Below are positions 1 to 10,028 of a stretch of DNA of 64,000 bases, one piece after another. Source of the DNA: an uncultured Negativicutes bacterium (lineage in GTDB: Bacteria > Bacillota > Negativicutes > Veillonellales > Megasphaeraceae); contig CAADUJ010000007.1 of NCBI GenBank assembly GCA_900752195.1, positions 203,716-267,715 of the forward strand, given 5' to 3'. The notes below the pieces were generated by a model. That model was not told where the DNA came from, did not search any database, and saw nothing but the letters and a program-made list of their open reading frames with translations. Numbering within the stretch: position 1 is the stretch's first letter; every line of letters begins with the position of its first letter. The position numbers and the translations under genes were made by a program.

Positions 1-462
1 GGCATCGGTAATATAGCGCATCGTAGCGACGGCAAAGGTCGGAAAAATGCCACAGCCAATGGCAATGAGATAATTGTGAGCAATGGTATGGACTTGTGGA
101 TCCAATCGCATTATTCCCAAGAAAGAATCGACGAAGAAATAACCCAGTATGAAGATGAAAACCGTCAATAGCAAGATAATATAAAAGCTTTGTTGGATGT
201 ATGGCGGGATTTGATCCGTTTTCTTTGCTCCACGGAGCTGCGAAAGAATGGGTGATATACCAAAGAATATACCACACATACCAGCAAAAATAGGATACCA
301 TATATTACTTCCGACAGCGACACCGGCTAAGTCAATCGTGCTGTATTGGCCGCTGAAGATGCTAGCAAAGACAGGTGTACCGACTTGTGCGATTTGTGTC
401 AACAAGAGCGGGAAGAATAGGATGAGAAAATGCTTGAGTTGATATAGGTGGGGTGGATGCAT
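1..462 (-). CDS. MATE family efflux transporter, N-terminal part (runs off the window start)
   Basis: Reverse-strand translation from the ATG at 462 gives MHPPHLYQLKHFLILFFPLLLTQIAQVGTPVFASIFSGQYSTIDLAGVAVGSNIWYP..., a hydrophobic N-terminus typical of NorM/MATE pumps. It stays open to the window edge. The + ORF 248..442 is its shadow. Confidence 0.55.
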   Translation of the reverse strand, partial: MHPPHLYQLKHFLILFFPLLLTQIAQVGTPVFASIFSGQYSTIDLAGVAVGSNIWYPIFAGMCGIFFGISPILSQLRGAKKTDQIPPYIQQSFYIILLLTVFIFILGYFFVDSFLGIMRLDPQVHTIAHNYLIAIGCGIFPTFAVATMRYITDA

Positions 463-484
463 AAAAACCTCCTCATAAAGATAG

Positions 485-522
485 ATAAAAAACAAGCCCC
501 GCATTGCCGTGGGGCTTGTCAG
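485..522 (-). terminator. rho-independent terminator downstream of rpsT
   Basis: GC-rich hairpin caagcccc(gcattgcc)ggggcttg (491..516), followed on the minus strand by a T-run. Confidence 0.5.
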
Positions 523-530
523 CATTCCGA

Positions 531-806
531 TTATTTATCCATTTCGTTTACTTTAGCAGCCAAACGAGATTTTTTACGGGCTGCTGTATTTTTATGGAGA
601 ACGCCTTTTTGAGCAGCGCTATCAATGACACTGCTGGCTTTATCAAATGCTTTTTTTACAGCTTCAGCATCACCGGCAGCGATAGCTTCTGTCGTGCGGC
701 GGATAGCCGTATGAACGGAAGATTTAACAGCTGCATTAACGGCATGGCGTGCTGCGTCTTTTTCCATGGATTTGATATTGGACTTGATTTGCGGCAATTG
801 GTTCAC
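531..806 (-). CDS. rpsT: 30S ribosomal protein S20
   Basis: 91-aa basic, Ala/Lys-rich protein (MNQLPQIKSNIKSMEKDAARHAVN...AARKKSRLAAKV) of S20 size and composition. Confidence 0.85.
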   Translation of the reverse strand: MNQLPQIKSNIKSMEKDAARHAVNAAVKSSVHTAIRRTTEAIAAGDAEAVKKAFDKASSVIDSAAQKGVLHKNTAARKKSRLAAKVNEMDK

Positions 807-917
807 CTCCTAATTTACAAGAACACTAGAAAGAATTTTACCATAAAGCCATCTAAAAATCAATAGACTCTAAACACATTTTATACCGTTAACAGAAGGC
901 CTTTCTCATAGATTGTA

Positions 918-1883
918 TTAGGCTTTGTTTGCAGAACCCAATACTTCTTTGATTTTATGGGCAACGATTTCCTGAACGAATTTGCGGCCGTCACCGATGT
1001 ATTGACGGGGATCGAAATGATCAGGATGTTCTACCATATGCTGACGGATGCCAGCGGTCATGCCAAGGCGAAGGTCCGAATCAATGTTGATCTTGCAGAC
1101 GGACATGGATGCAGCTTTACGAAGCTGATCTTCAGGAATGCCGATAGCATCCGGCATCTTGCCGCCATTGCTGTTGATGATTTTTACGTATTCCGGAACG
1201 ACAGACGAAGCACCGTGGAGCACGATAGGAAAGCCTGGCAGACGTTTGCCCACTTCTTCTAGAATATCGAAGCGCAGTGTCGGCGGAACGAGGACACCCT
1301 GTTCATTTCGCGTGCACTGATCCGGTGTGAATTTGTATGCGCCATGGCTGGTACCGATTGCGATTGCCAGAGAATCGACGCCTGTACGGGTTACGAATTC
1401 TTCTACTTCTTCCGGACGCGTATAGGAAGCTTCGTGGGCTGCAACTTTGACATCATCTTCGATGCCGGCAAGCTGGCCTAATTCGCCTTCTACGACAACG
1501 CCGTGGGCGTGAGCGTATTCGACGACTTTTTTTGTCAATTCGATATTTTCTTCAAAGGCATATTTAGAGCCGTCAATCATAACGGATGTAAATCCACCAT
1601 CGATACAAGATTTGCAGGTTTCGAAATCAGCGCCGTGATCCAGATGGAGTGCAACTGTCAGATCGTGATCTTCCAGTGCAGCTGCGACGAGGTGTTTTAA
1701 ATAGCTCGGTTTCGCATATTTACGAGCACCAGCAGAAGCTTGGAGAATGATAGGAGAATTTAATTCAGCAGCGGCATCTGTAACGCCCTGAACGATTTCC
1801 ATATTGTTGATATTGAAGGCGCCAATGGCATAATGACCTTCGTAGGCTTTTTTAAACATTTCCGTAGTTGTAACTAATGGCAT
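918..1883 (-). CDS. fba: fructose-bisphosphate aldolase, class II
   Basis: MPLVTTTEMFKKAYEGHYAIGAFNINNMEIVQGV... with metal-binding His motifs (LHLDHG, HGAYKF). Start set at the ATG at 1881-1883, preceded by AAAGGAGG. The longer ORF upstream has no RBS. Confidence 0.9.
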   Translation of the reverse strand: MPLVTTTEMFKKAYEGHYAIGAFNINNMEIVQGVTDAAAELNSPIILQASAGARKYAKPSYLKHLVAAALEDHDLTVALHLDHGADFETCKSCIDGGFTSVMIDGSKYAFEENIELTKKVVEYAHAHGVVVEGELGQLAGIEDDVKVAAHEASYTRPEEVEEFVTRTGVDSLAIAIGTSHGAYKFTPDQCTRNEQGVLVPPTLRFDILEEVGKRLPGFPIVLHGASSVVPEYVKIINSNGGKMPDAIGIPEDQLRKAASMSVCKINIDSDLRLGMTAGIRQHMVEHPDHFDPRQYIGDGRKFVQEIVAHKIKEVLGSANKA

Positions 1884-1923
1884 GTAAAACTCCTCCTTTA
1901 ATATGAGAAAAAGTGACACCGCC

Positions 1924-2853
1924 TTAGGGAGCGTAATGGCCTCTAAGGTCTGGTATGTGGCGCAAATCCCATCCAGCTCGTGTCACGAGGGCTGCCATGT
2001 CCTGTGGCAGTGGCGCAAAAATGGTTTTCCATTCTTTGGTGACGGGATGGATGAATTGCATGCAGTAGGCGTGTAGTCCCTGACGTTGCAGAAACTCCCG
2101 CGTACCGCCATATAAATCATCACCAACCAGGGGATGCCCCATGGCTGAACAATGAACTCTGATTTGATGGGTCCTGCCCGTATAGAGCGTGACGTGGAGC
2201 AGACTGTACATATCCGTTGCTCCAAGGCGAGTTAGTACCGTTTTCGCCGGTTTACCACCAGGGTGGACATAGCGTTCGATAATACTGTCGGGTTTACGGG
2301 CAATGGGCCAGTTAATGGTAGCCTCTTTACTCGGGAAATATCCCTGGCACAAGGCCAGATAATAACGATGGTATTCCAGATGTCGTTGACTGAGGACATG
2401 TTGTATATGAGGCTGCTTTACGATCATAGAAAGACCTGACGTATTGCGGTCCAAACGATGGACTGGATGAAAGGCGCAATGTTGGCCTGTCTGTTTGTAA
2501 TACCAGGCTACGGCATTGGCAAGCGTTCCTTCATGATTCCCCGATGTAGGATGCATGAGCAAACCTGCCGGTTTATCGACAATGAGAAAATAGTCATCTT
2601 CATAGGCGATGGAAAGCGGGATGGCTTCCGGGCTAATATGATTTTTTTCAGGCAGCTCGACATGGATATGATCTCCTGCCACGACAAAATCACGGGTATC
2701 AGCGCGCTGACCGTTGACCATACAGATACCGGTATGCTTGATACGGCGTCTCAACGTAGACGAAACACCTACATGGCGTAGTGCCCCAAGTAATGAAGTC
2801 TTATGGGTAATAGAACCAACTATGAAATCAATCATCGATTCTCCTATATGCAT
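1924..2853 (-). CDS. RluA/RluD-family 23S rRNA pseudouridine synthase with N-terminal S4-like domain
   Basis: Catalytic motif HRLDRNTSGLSMIVK. N-terminal S4-like segment (RRRIKHTGICMVNGQRADTRDFVVAGDHIHV). Confidence 0.8.
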   Translation of the reverse strand: MHIGESMIDFIVGSITHKTSLLGALRHVGVSSTLRRRIKHTGICMVNGQRADTRDFVVAGDHIHVELPEKNHISPEAIPLSIAYEDDYFLIVDKPAGLLMHPTSGNHEGTLANAVAWYYKQTGQHCAFHPVHRLDRNTSGLSMIVKQPHIQHVLSQRHLEYHRYYLALCQGYFPSKEATINWPIARKPDSIIERYVHPGGKPAKTVLTRLGATDMYSLLHVTLYTGRTHQIRVHCSAMGHPLVGDDLYGGTREFLQRQGLHAYCMQFIHPVTKEWKTIFAPLPQDMAALVTRAGWDLRHIPDLRGHYAP

Positions 2854-3223
2854 GTGACCTATTGTTACGCTTCTTTATGAATAGTAAGCGAACAGACACA
2901 CTGTGAAGTGGTCCGTTGCGTATGTAACTATGTTCATTGTACAAAAAGTAGGGTGTAAAATCAACTAGTGGGACGTTACCTTTTACAACCGGGTCTTTAT
3001 TTATCCCTATTTAGACAGTTACACGTATTTGCACGTAAAAAGAAGGATTTTTCCATCTTTCATGGAATATAATATTATGCACAATAAATAATATATATAG
3101 CTATTCGCGTATTTGATGATTTACTTGCGTAATACGTATAACGTAAAAGAAGGAATTCCGTTGTTTATCTTGAAACTTTATTAGTCTGACTATTTTAACT
3201 GTACTAGTTAAGGTGATGATTGC

Positions 3224-5014
3224 ATGAGGTTTACTCAAGAATTCATAGAGCAGGTACGGCAAGCCAATGATATTGTCAGCGTCATTTCGTCGTATGTGCC
3301 ATTAAAGAGAAGAGGACGGAGTTTCTGGGCCTGCTGCCCCTTCCATAATGAAAAGACAGCTTCCTTTACGGTCACTCCTGAAAAAGGGTTTTTCTATTGT
3401 TTTGGCTGTCATGCCCATGGCGACATCTTCAGCTTTATTATGAAAAAAGAAAACTTGACCTTTGCAGAAGCTGTTCAGCGGCTGGCCGAACGCGCTAACA
3501 TACCTTTGCCTGCGGTAGAACGGTCGAAGGAAGATCTGGCAAGGGAGAAACGGCGGGCCCGGTTATATGAAATAAACGAGCTCGCAGGGAATTTTTTTCA
3601 CAATTGTCTGACGAAAACCCGCTATGGCGTGTCGGGACTTTCCTATTTTCATCGTCGTCACCTGACAGATGATACGATACGTTCTTTTAAGCTGGGATTT
3701 GCTCCAGATAGCTGGACAAAGCTCGTTGATGCATTTTCCCGTCGAGGTATCAGCGGTGCTGAATTGGTCACGGTCGGACTGGCCCGAAAAAAAGGTGACC
3801 ACTATTACGATGCATTCCGCAATCGCGTCATTTTTCCCATCCATGACGGCAGGGGGCGGATTGTCGGTTTCGGTGGGCGTGTACTGGATGACAGCAAACC
3901 GAAATACTTGAATTCACCAGAAACGGAAATCTTTAATAAACGGCATCTTCTCTTTGCCATGGACAAGGCGCATAGTGCTATCTTTCAAAAGAAAAAGGCC
4001 ATTTTAGTGGAAGGCTATATGGATGTCATTTCAGCCCATAACAGGGGAATTTCCAATGTCGTTGCGTCTTTGGGAACGGCTTTTACACCTGATCAGGCAC
4101 GGCTCCTTCAAAGGCAAGCTAAAGAGCTGATATTATCTTATGATATGGATTCGGCTGGTCGTGAGGCGACGCTTAGAGCAATGGAAATCGTTCGGGGCCT
4201 GGGGATGAATATACGCGTTGTGTCCCTTCCCCAGGGAAAAGATCCTGATGAATATATCAATACACAGGGGCCGGAAAAGTTTCAGGAAGCGATTGATAAT
4301 GCGCCGAATGTTCTCGATTACATGCTCATGACGGCGTTGCAGCATCATGATGAAACGACGCTGGAAGGGAAGGCGGCCATTACGGCAGCTGTCATGCCTG
4401 TCGTCGCGCAGATCGACAATCGCGTAGTCCTGGAAGGTTTTTTGCGGAAGATGGCGGAACGGCTCCATATCAGCGACGGAGCGGTACAAGAGGAATTCAA
4501 CCGATATGTATCGGCGCATCCTGAAGCAAACCAACGGGAAGTGACTATCTCTGCTTCCGTACGGACAAATAATGCCGCTGCCCGCGGTAATGGCGCAAAT
4601 GCTGTGTCAGAGGAGAACATATTACGCTACTTAGTGGAACATCCCGAATTCAGTAGTCGCAGTAAAGAATTAATTGAGCCTACTTATTTTACGCACCCTA
4701 TACGGCGCAGCTTGTATGAAAAGCTATTGGCTCTTTATGATGATGTTGGGCCTTATGCCCTGAGCGATCTGGAAGGAAGGCTTACATCTGATGAAGCAGG
4801 TGAGCTTTCGCGCATCATGGTCCTTCAGGATGTACCCATAGATGAATCGGTACTCCTTGATTATGTAAAACACTTTCAGTTGTCGCGTTTACAAGAAGAA
4901 TACAAAAAATGTATTGCTCAGGCAGGTAAATATAGTAAGGCTAATGATCCGCGCCTGGCAGATGCCCTGAATAAAGGCAAATCAATTTTAGAAGAAATGA
5001 AAAAATGGTCTTAA
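3224..5014 (+). CDS. dnaG: DNA primase
   Basis: CHC2 zinc finger (CPFHNEKTASFTV...CFGC), Toprim region (EGYMDVIS) and C-terminal DnaB-interaction region. Sits directly upstream of rpoD. Confidence 0.92.
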   Translation: MRFTQEFIEQVRQANDIVSVISSYVPLKRRGRSFWACCPFHNEKTASFTVTPEKGFFYCFGCHAHGDIFSFIMKKENLTFAEAVQRLAERANIPLPAVERSKEDLAREKRRARLYEINELAGNFFHNCLTKTRYGVSGLSYFHRRHLTDDTIRSFKLGFAPDSWTKLVDAFSRRGISGAELVTVGLARKKGDHYYDAFRNRVIFPIHDGRGRIVGFGGRVLDDSKPKYLNSPETEIFNKRHLLFAMDKAHSAIFQKKKAILVEGYMDVISAHNRGISNVVASLGTAFTPDQARLLQRQAKELILSYDMDSAGREATLRAMEIVRGLGMNIRVVSLPQGKDPDEYINTQGPEKFQEAIDNAPNVLDYMLMTALQHHDETTLEGKAAITAAVMPVVAQIDNRVVLEGFLRKMAERLHISDGAVQEEFNRYVSAHPEANQREVTISASVRTNNAAARGNGANAVSEENILRYLVEHPEFSSRSKELIEPTYFTHPIRRSLYEKLLALYDDVGPYALSDLEGRLTSDEAGELSRIMVLQDVPIDESVLLDYVKHFQLSRLQEEYKKCIAQAGKYSKANDPRLADALNKGKSILEEMKKWS

Positions 5015-5044
5015 CGGGACCTACACGAGGAAGGAGCTACATAT

Positions 5045-6271
5045 ATGACGAAAGAGGATAAGACAGTGAATACAAAGACGACAAAGAGAAAGACGACAAA
5101 AAAGAAATCTACGAAGAAAGAAACGGTCCAACTGACAGAAAAAGAACGTCAGGAACTGGCGTTACAGCATATTCAACAACTTATCAAGACGGGAAAGAAA
5201 AAGGGGAGCCTTACATATACAGAAATCATGAACGTCATGGAAGAGGACGAACTGTCGCCGGATCAGATTGATAAGATGTACGAAGTCTTTGCAGAACAGG
5301 GAATCGATATTATCGGTGAAGATGATACGATGTCTGTCGACGATGACGGCGACGATGATAAGGAAAAAGTGCCGGAAATCCACATGGATCTGAGCGTTCC
5401 CGAAGGTATTAACATCGATGACCCTGTACGCATGTACTTGAAAGAAATCGGCCGCGTACCTCTCCTGTCAGCAGAAGAAGAAATTACCTTGGCCAAAGCC
5501 ATTGAAAATGGTAGCAAAGAAGGTGCGACAGAGGAAGACATCGCCCGCGGCACTATTGCAAAGAAAAAATTGACAGATGCCAACTTGCGCCTTGTCGTGA
5601 GCATTGCAAAACGATATGTAGGCCGGGGCATGCTCTTCTTGGATCTGATTCAGGAAGGAAATCTGGGTTTACTGAAGGCTGTCGACAAATTTGATTACAG
5701 TAAAGGCTACAAATTCAGTACATATGCGACGTGGTGGATTCGTCAGGCTATCACCCGTGCGATTGCCGATCAGGCACGTACGATCCGAATTCCCGTTCAT
5801 ATGGTGGAAACGATTAATAAATTGATTCGTATTTCTCGTCAGCTCTTACAGGATAAAGGGCGGGAACCACTGCCGGAAGAAATTGCAGAAAAAATGGAAA
5901 TTTCAGTGGAACGAGTCCGAGAAATTATGAAGATTGCTCAAGAACCAGTTTCTCTGGAAACACCAATTGGTGAAGAAGAAGATTCCCACTTAGGTGATTT
6001 CATTGAAGACCATGAAGCTGTAGCACCGGATGATGCGGCTTCATTCATCTTGTTGAAAGAACAAATCGAAGATGTTTTTTCCTGTCTTACTGATAGGGAA
6101 CGGAAGGTATTATATCTTCGTTTCGGTTTAAAAGATGGCCGTCCGCGCACTCTGGAAGAAGTAGGGCAACACTTCAATGTCACGCGAGAACGAATTCGTC
6201 AAATTGAAGGAAAAGCGCTCAGCAAGCTTCGCAATTGGGGAAAGCGAGAAAAGATTAAAGATTTCTTATAA
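5045..6271 (+). CDS. rpoD: RNA polymerase primary sigma factor (sigma-70/SigA)
   Basis: Lys-rich N-terminus, region 2 ([34 protein letters not shown]) and region 4 HTH ([20 protein letters not shown]). Confidence 0.93.
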   Translation: MTKEDKTVNTKTTKRKTTKKKSTKKETVQLTEKERQELALQHIQQLIKTGKKKGSLTYTEIMNVMEEDELSPDQIDKMYEVFAEQGIDIIGEDDTMSVDDDGDDDKEKVPEIHMDLSVPEGINIDDPVRMYLKEIGRVPLLSAEEEITLAKAIENGSKEGATEEDIARGTIAKKKLTDANLRLVVSIAKRYVGRGMLFLDLIQEGNLGLLKAVDKFDYSKGYKFSTYATWWIRQAITRAIADQARTIRIPVHMVETINKLIRISRQLLQDKGREPLPEEIAEKMEISVERVREIMKIAQEPVSLETPIGEEEDSHLGDFIEDHEAVAPDDAASFILLKEQIEDVFSCLTDRERKVLYLRFGLKDGRPRTLEEVGQHFNVTRERIRQIEGKALSKLRNWGKREKIKDFL

Positions 6272-6295
6272 GATATAGAGGTTATATATATGATA

Positions 6296-6352
6296 AAAGG
6301 GTTGTCACCTTGTGAACACGTAGAGGCTCACAAGGTGACAACCCTTTTTCGT
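6296..6352. terminator. bidirectional rho-independent terminator between rpoD and the MerR gene
   Basis: 20-bp perfect stem aaagggttgtcaccttgtga / tcacaaggtgacaacccttt with T/A runs on both sides. Confidence 0.65.
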
Positions 6353-6367
6353 ATATACGTAACGCAG

Positions 6368-6826
6368 TTACGGCTGATCCGTGTCATCGCTCGATACGAG
6401 GTTGCTGAAATATTCGATCTTACCGGATAAGACTTCATCATAAAAATCTTGTTTCAAATCGATGTATTCGATGGCAGCCTGTATTTCTGATGCCTTTTTG
6501 ACGAGAATAGCCCTTTTTTTCGTCAACATTTTTTTTCGTTGCGGTATTGTTGATTGGCCGGCAAGACAATAGTGAAGGTAGTCTTTCATTTCGGCTATGG
6601 TCATATCGCAATTTTTAAGACACGTCAGGCTTTTTATCCAGGAAATATCTTTGTCATTGAAAACACGACGGTTTCGACTATCCCGCTTTACATTGGGAAT
6701 AAGACCGATTTTACAATAGAATTTCAATGTTTCATAGGGTAGGCCTGTTTGCTTACAGGCATCTTTCATGGCATAGAGTTTCCCTGTATTTACCACTTTT
6801 TCAATCTTGATTTCTTTTTTATCCAT
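6368..6826 (-). CDS. MerR-family transcriptional regulator
   Basis: N-terminal MerR HTH (YAMKDACKQTGLPYETLKFYCKIGLIPNVKRDSRNRRVFNDKDISWI) followed by a coiled-coil/effector region. Divergent from the 7012 gene. Confidence 0.75.
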   Translation of the reverse strand: MDKKEIKIEKVVNTGKLYAMKDACKQTGLPYETLKFYCKIGLIPNVKRDSRNRRVFNDKDISWIKSLTCLKNCDMTIAEMKDYLHYCLAGQSTIPQRKKMLTKKRAILVKKASEIQAAIEYIDLKQDFYDEVLSGKIEYFSNLVSSDDTDQP

Positions 6827-6942
6827 ACGAATCGCCTCACTGTCTTATATGGTAGTTATAACCGATGCAAGGTAAAATGAAATTGATGTCATTATACAGA
6901 AAATACAGAGAAAATGCAATAAAAAAAGAATAAATTTCTATA

Positions 6943-6973
6943 TTGACAGGTATTTACTACCGAATGATACAGT
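6943..6973 (+). promoter_or_regulatory. candidate MerR-type promoter (TTGACA, 19-nt spacer, TACAGT) upstream of the 7012 gene
   Basis: TTGACA at 6943-6948, a 19-nt spacer containing a short dyad ggta...tacc, then TACAGT at 6968-6973. A 19-20 bp spacer is the hallmark of MerR-activated promoters. The regulator is divergently encoded. Confidence 0.35.
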
Positions 6974-7011
6974 GTCAGTATATAGAGTAAAAAATGGTAG
7001 AATAATTTGAG

Positions 7012-7866
7012 GTGAGACGCATGAAAGGAAAACGAATCATTCAGTCTGTTTGCATATTTCAGGTATGTCTCATGACCATGACTGCATTTGCAGCAGCGGA
7101 TGTGCGGAGCGACCGAACAGAGACAATGGAAAAAAATTACGCTGCTTTTATGGGTTCCCAACGCTTAGGCATAGAGCAAACAGATCCTGAGTTGTCAGAT
7201 ATGATGAAAAAGTATATCTATAGGGATATCACAGAACAGGCGGCGGCTTTGACAAAGCGAGACCAGCATTTGGTAACGATTGCCGTGTTAACGACAGGAG
7301 GATATGGATCACTTCTGGAAAAAAGTGTCCGCAGTGCTCTCAATGATGGTGTAACGCCTTTGGAAATTCGGGAATCGGTCTATCACTTGAGTCCCTATAT
7401 TGGGTTTCCAAAGGTGTTACAGGCGATGGAAGAAGTGAATTCAGTGTTTAGGGAGGCCCATATTTCATTGCCTTTACCTGATCAAGGAACGACGACGGAT
7501 GCTGATCGTCTGGAAAAAGGACTGGCGTTTCAAGTTGCCACGTACGGTGAACGCATTAATACGATGCGGAATTCGACACCTGAAAACCAAAAGCATCTTC
7601 AAGATGATTTATCGGCCTTTTGCTTTGGAGACATATATACGAGGAAAGTCCTGAATCTGAAGACGAGAGAAATGATTACTGTAGCGCCCATAGGGACACT
7701 GGGAAATGATGAACCACAGTTTATCTCCCATATCCGAGGGTATCTTTCTGCCGGGGCATCTCCGAAAGAAGTCATTGCCGTTGTGACCGTCATGAATCCG
7801 TATGTGGGATTTCCGCGGACGTTGAATAATTTACGGGCAGTCAATGGCGTTCTGAATAACATGTAA
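7012..7866 (+). CDS. exported protein with tandem carboxymuconolactone-decarboxylase (CMD/AhpD-like) domains
   Basis: Signal peptide (MRRMKGKRIIQSVCIFQVCLMTMTAFAAA). Two repeats carrying the CMD signature G(V/A)(T/S)P.E(I/V)......Y(I/V)GFP... (GVTPLEIRESVYHLSPYIGFPKV and GASPKEVIAVVTVMNPYVGFPRT). Confidence 0.55.
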   Translation: MRRMKGKRIIQSVCIFQVCLMTMTAFAAADVRSDRTETMEKNYAAFMGSQRLGIEQTDPELSDMMKKYIYRDITEQAAALTKRDQHLVTIAVLTTGGYGSLLEKSVRSALNDGVTPLEIRESVYHLSPYIGFPKVLQAMEEVNSVFREAHISLPLPDQGTTTDADRLEKGLAFQVATYGERINTMRNSTPENQKHLQDDLSAFCFGDIYTRKVLNLKTREMITVAPIGTLGNDEPQFISHIRGYLSAGASPKEVIAVVTVMNPYVGFPRTLNNLRAVNGVLNNM

Positions 7867-8044
7867 GAGAAAAATTTTTAGATAAAAGCCGATTGATGAC
7901 CATAAAAAGTGGTAAAAAACACTTGACCGGTAGATGCTACTGGATGGTACGATCAAGATGCAGGATGTAAAATGAAATGAGTATCTGCGTAAAGTGTGAT
8001 AGTTCCCCAAAAAACGTAAAAGGTAATTAGAATAGGAGGATAGT

Positions 8045-9115
8045 ATGAAAAAAAAGATGATGGTAGCCATGCTTGTATCCTTGGCTGTTACTGTATCGTC
8101 GCAAGCCTTTGACAAAGCCGTTACGATTCTTGATCAAGGTAGCTTTGCAGCCGGTGGTACTGTGGTAACGGAACCCGGTACGTTGAATAACAATAATCCT
8201 TTGGATTCTGCTGGCCAGACCCTGCATGGTGATCATGCCTACGTTTTTTATCAACGCCCTGTACATGCACATAAGAATGCGATTGTATTTCTCCATGGAG
8301 CCGGCCAATCTGGAAAAACATGGGAAACGACACCTGATGGTCGTGATGGTTTCCAGAATATTTTCCTGGAAAAAGGCTATGCTACATATGTTGTCGATCA
8401 GCCTCGTCGTGGCAAAGCAGGACAATCCACGACAGGTGGAACCGTTTCGAATACACCTATGGAGCAACTCTGGTATGATAATTTCCGTATCGGCCTGTAT
8501 CCAGCGTATTATAAAGGGGTACAAGTTCATTGGAATGAAGCTGCGCGGGATCAGTTTTTTCGCTCTATGACACCGAATACAGGAGCGTTTGATGAGAACG
8601 TTATCAGCGATGCTATGGCAGCTGTGTTTGAAAAGTCCGGCGACGGTATTCTCATGACCCATTCACAAGGCGGGGGACCTGGTTGGTGGACGGCAATCAA
8701 AAGTGTTCATGTAAAAGGCGTCATTGCACTTGAACCGGGCAGTGGCTTCGTATTTCCGGTTGGTGAGGTTCCTGCACTTATGGAAACATCCAGTCCCTTC
8801 GGTGCACTGAAAGGAACGCCTGTCGACCTCAATGATTTCAACAAACTCACGAACATACCGATACTCGTAGTATACGGTGATATGATTCCTGCAAAACGGA
8901 CAGAACAATGGAATCTCGATAATTGGCGTGTCCGTCTTGACATGGCGAGACTCTGGGTGGATACAATCAATCGACATGGCGGCGATGCCACATTGGTCCA
9001 TTTGCCAGAAATAGGAATTACAGGGAATACGCATTTTCTCATGAGTGACAGCAATAATAAACAGATAGCAGATGTGTTACTTAACTGGATGAAAGAGAAA
9101 CATCTGGATACGTAA
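8045..9115 (+). CDS. exported alpha/beta-hydrolase fold protein (putative esterase/lipase)
   Basis: Signal peptide MKKKMMVAMLVSLAVTVSSQA. Motifs VFLHGAGQSGKTW and the nucleophile elbow HSQGG. Several minus-strand ORFs inside are shadows. Confidence 0.6.
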   Translation: MKKKMMVAMLVSLAVTVSSQAFDKAVTILDQGSFAAGGTVVTEPGTLNNNNPLDSAGQTLHGDHAYVFYQRPVHAHKNAIVFLHGAGQSGKTWETTPDGRDGFQNIFLEKGYATYVVDQPRRGKAGQSTTGGTVSNTPMEQLWYDNFRIGLYPAYYKGVQVHWNEAARDQFFRSMTPNTGAFDENVISDAMAAVFEKSGDGILMTHSQGGGPGWWTAIKSVHVKGVIALEPGSGFVFPVGEVPALMETSSPFGALKGTPVDLNDFNKLTNIPILVVYGDMIPAKRTEQWNLDNWRVRLDMARLWVDTINRHGGDATLVHLPEIGITGNTHFLMSDSNNKQIADVLLNWMKEKHLDT

Positions 9116-9141
9116 TCGGTATGAAAGGATGATGAAGAATC

Positions 9142-9744
9142 GTGAAAAAATTCATTTCAGGTATTCTCGCGTGTTTATTGATGCTGGTGCTGACAGCTTG
9201 TGCCGCAGGCAATGGCACATCAGCAGATAATCGGGCGGAAAAAGCAGATGTCCCGAAAAATGATACGATCTTAGTCGTATATTTTTCGGCGACAGGGAAT
9301 ACGCAGAAAGTGGCCAATACTATTGCTGAGCAGACGGGAGGAACGTTATTTGAAATTAGGCCGGAACAGCCTTATACAACGGATGATCTCAATTATCGTG
9401 ACAAAACGAGTCGTGTCTGGTCTGAACACCATGATCCTAATTATAGACCTGCCTACGTCGGCGATGTAGAAAACTGGGATCAATACGACACCATTTATAT
9501 TGGCTATCCCTTGTGGTGGCAACAGGCGCCACATGTCGTATACAGCTTTGTGGAACAGCATAATTTCAACGGCAAAAGAGTCATTCCCTTCTGTACCTCC
9601 ATCAGCAGCCCTCTGGGTACCAGTGCTGAAAATCTGGCAAAAGCGGCAGGTACTGGCGATTGGCAGGATGGAGTGCGTTTCAATGGGAGCGTGAGCCCGT
9701 CGGAAGTTACGACGTGGGTAAAAGGAATACAACAGCATATCTGA
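9142..9744 (+). CDS. flavodoxin-like lipoprotein
   Basis: Lipobox MKKFISGILACLLMLVLTAC. Flavodoxin-type FMN loop ILVVYFSATGNTQKVA and the downstream IYIGYPLWW...PFCT segment. Confidence 0.65.
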   Translation: MKKFISGILACLLMLVLTACAAGNGTSADNRAEKADVPKNDTILVVYFSATGNTQKVANTIAEQTGGTLFEIRPEQPYTTDDLNYRDKTSRVWSEHHDPNYRPAYVGDVENWDQYDTIYIGYPLWWQQAPHVVYSFVEQHNFNGKRVIPFCTSISSPLGTSAENLAKAAGTGDWQDGVRFNGSVSPSEVTTWVKGIQQHI

Positions 9745-9777
9745 CTTTTGTGGTTACAGTTGTCAGATTTTTTTTAT
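9739..9777 (+). terminator. rho-independent terminator after the flavodoxin-like gene
   Basis: Stem atctgac / gtcagat followed by T9. Confidence 0.5.
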
Positions 9778-9955
9778 CTCTTTATACACGATACTTTTCA
9801 CCGTGATAACAGAAAGGTATGTTCATGATCAGAGACTATTATCGTTATGGTCTGGCAATGTAATAGTACCAGTGTGATACGACAGGTGTCTTGCACTTAG
9901 CGGAAAACTGCTATAGCGGCGTAGAGGCCATAGGCCTGTGTCCATTGGCCATATT

Positions 9956-10001
9956 AAAAAAGCTATTCTCCTGCAAGTGCATGCAAGAGGATAGCTTTTT
10001 T
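9956..10001 (-). terminator. rho-independent terminator after xth (bidirectional hairpin)
   Basis: Stem aaaaaagctattctc / gaggatagctttttt (one G-U pair) with a palindromic loop. T-runs on both strands. Confidence 0.5.
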
Positions 10002-10028
10002 GCCTGTTCTGTTAGGCCGGCATGCCAG

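Noticed and set aside
248-866. + strand ORFs 248..442 and 504..866
   Set aside because: Opposite-strand shadows of the MATE transporter N-terminus and of rpsT respectively.
8027-8662. 211-aa minus-strand ORF overlapping the alpha/beta hydrolase gene
   Set aside because: Antisense to a CDS with a signal peptide and catalytic motifs. Cys/Arg-rich nonsense composition.
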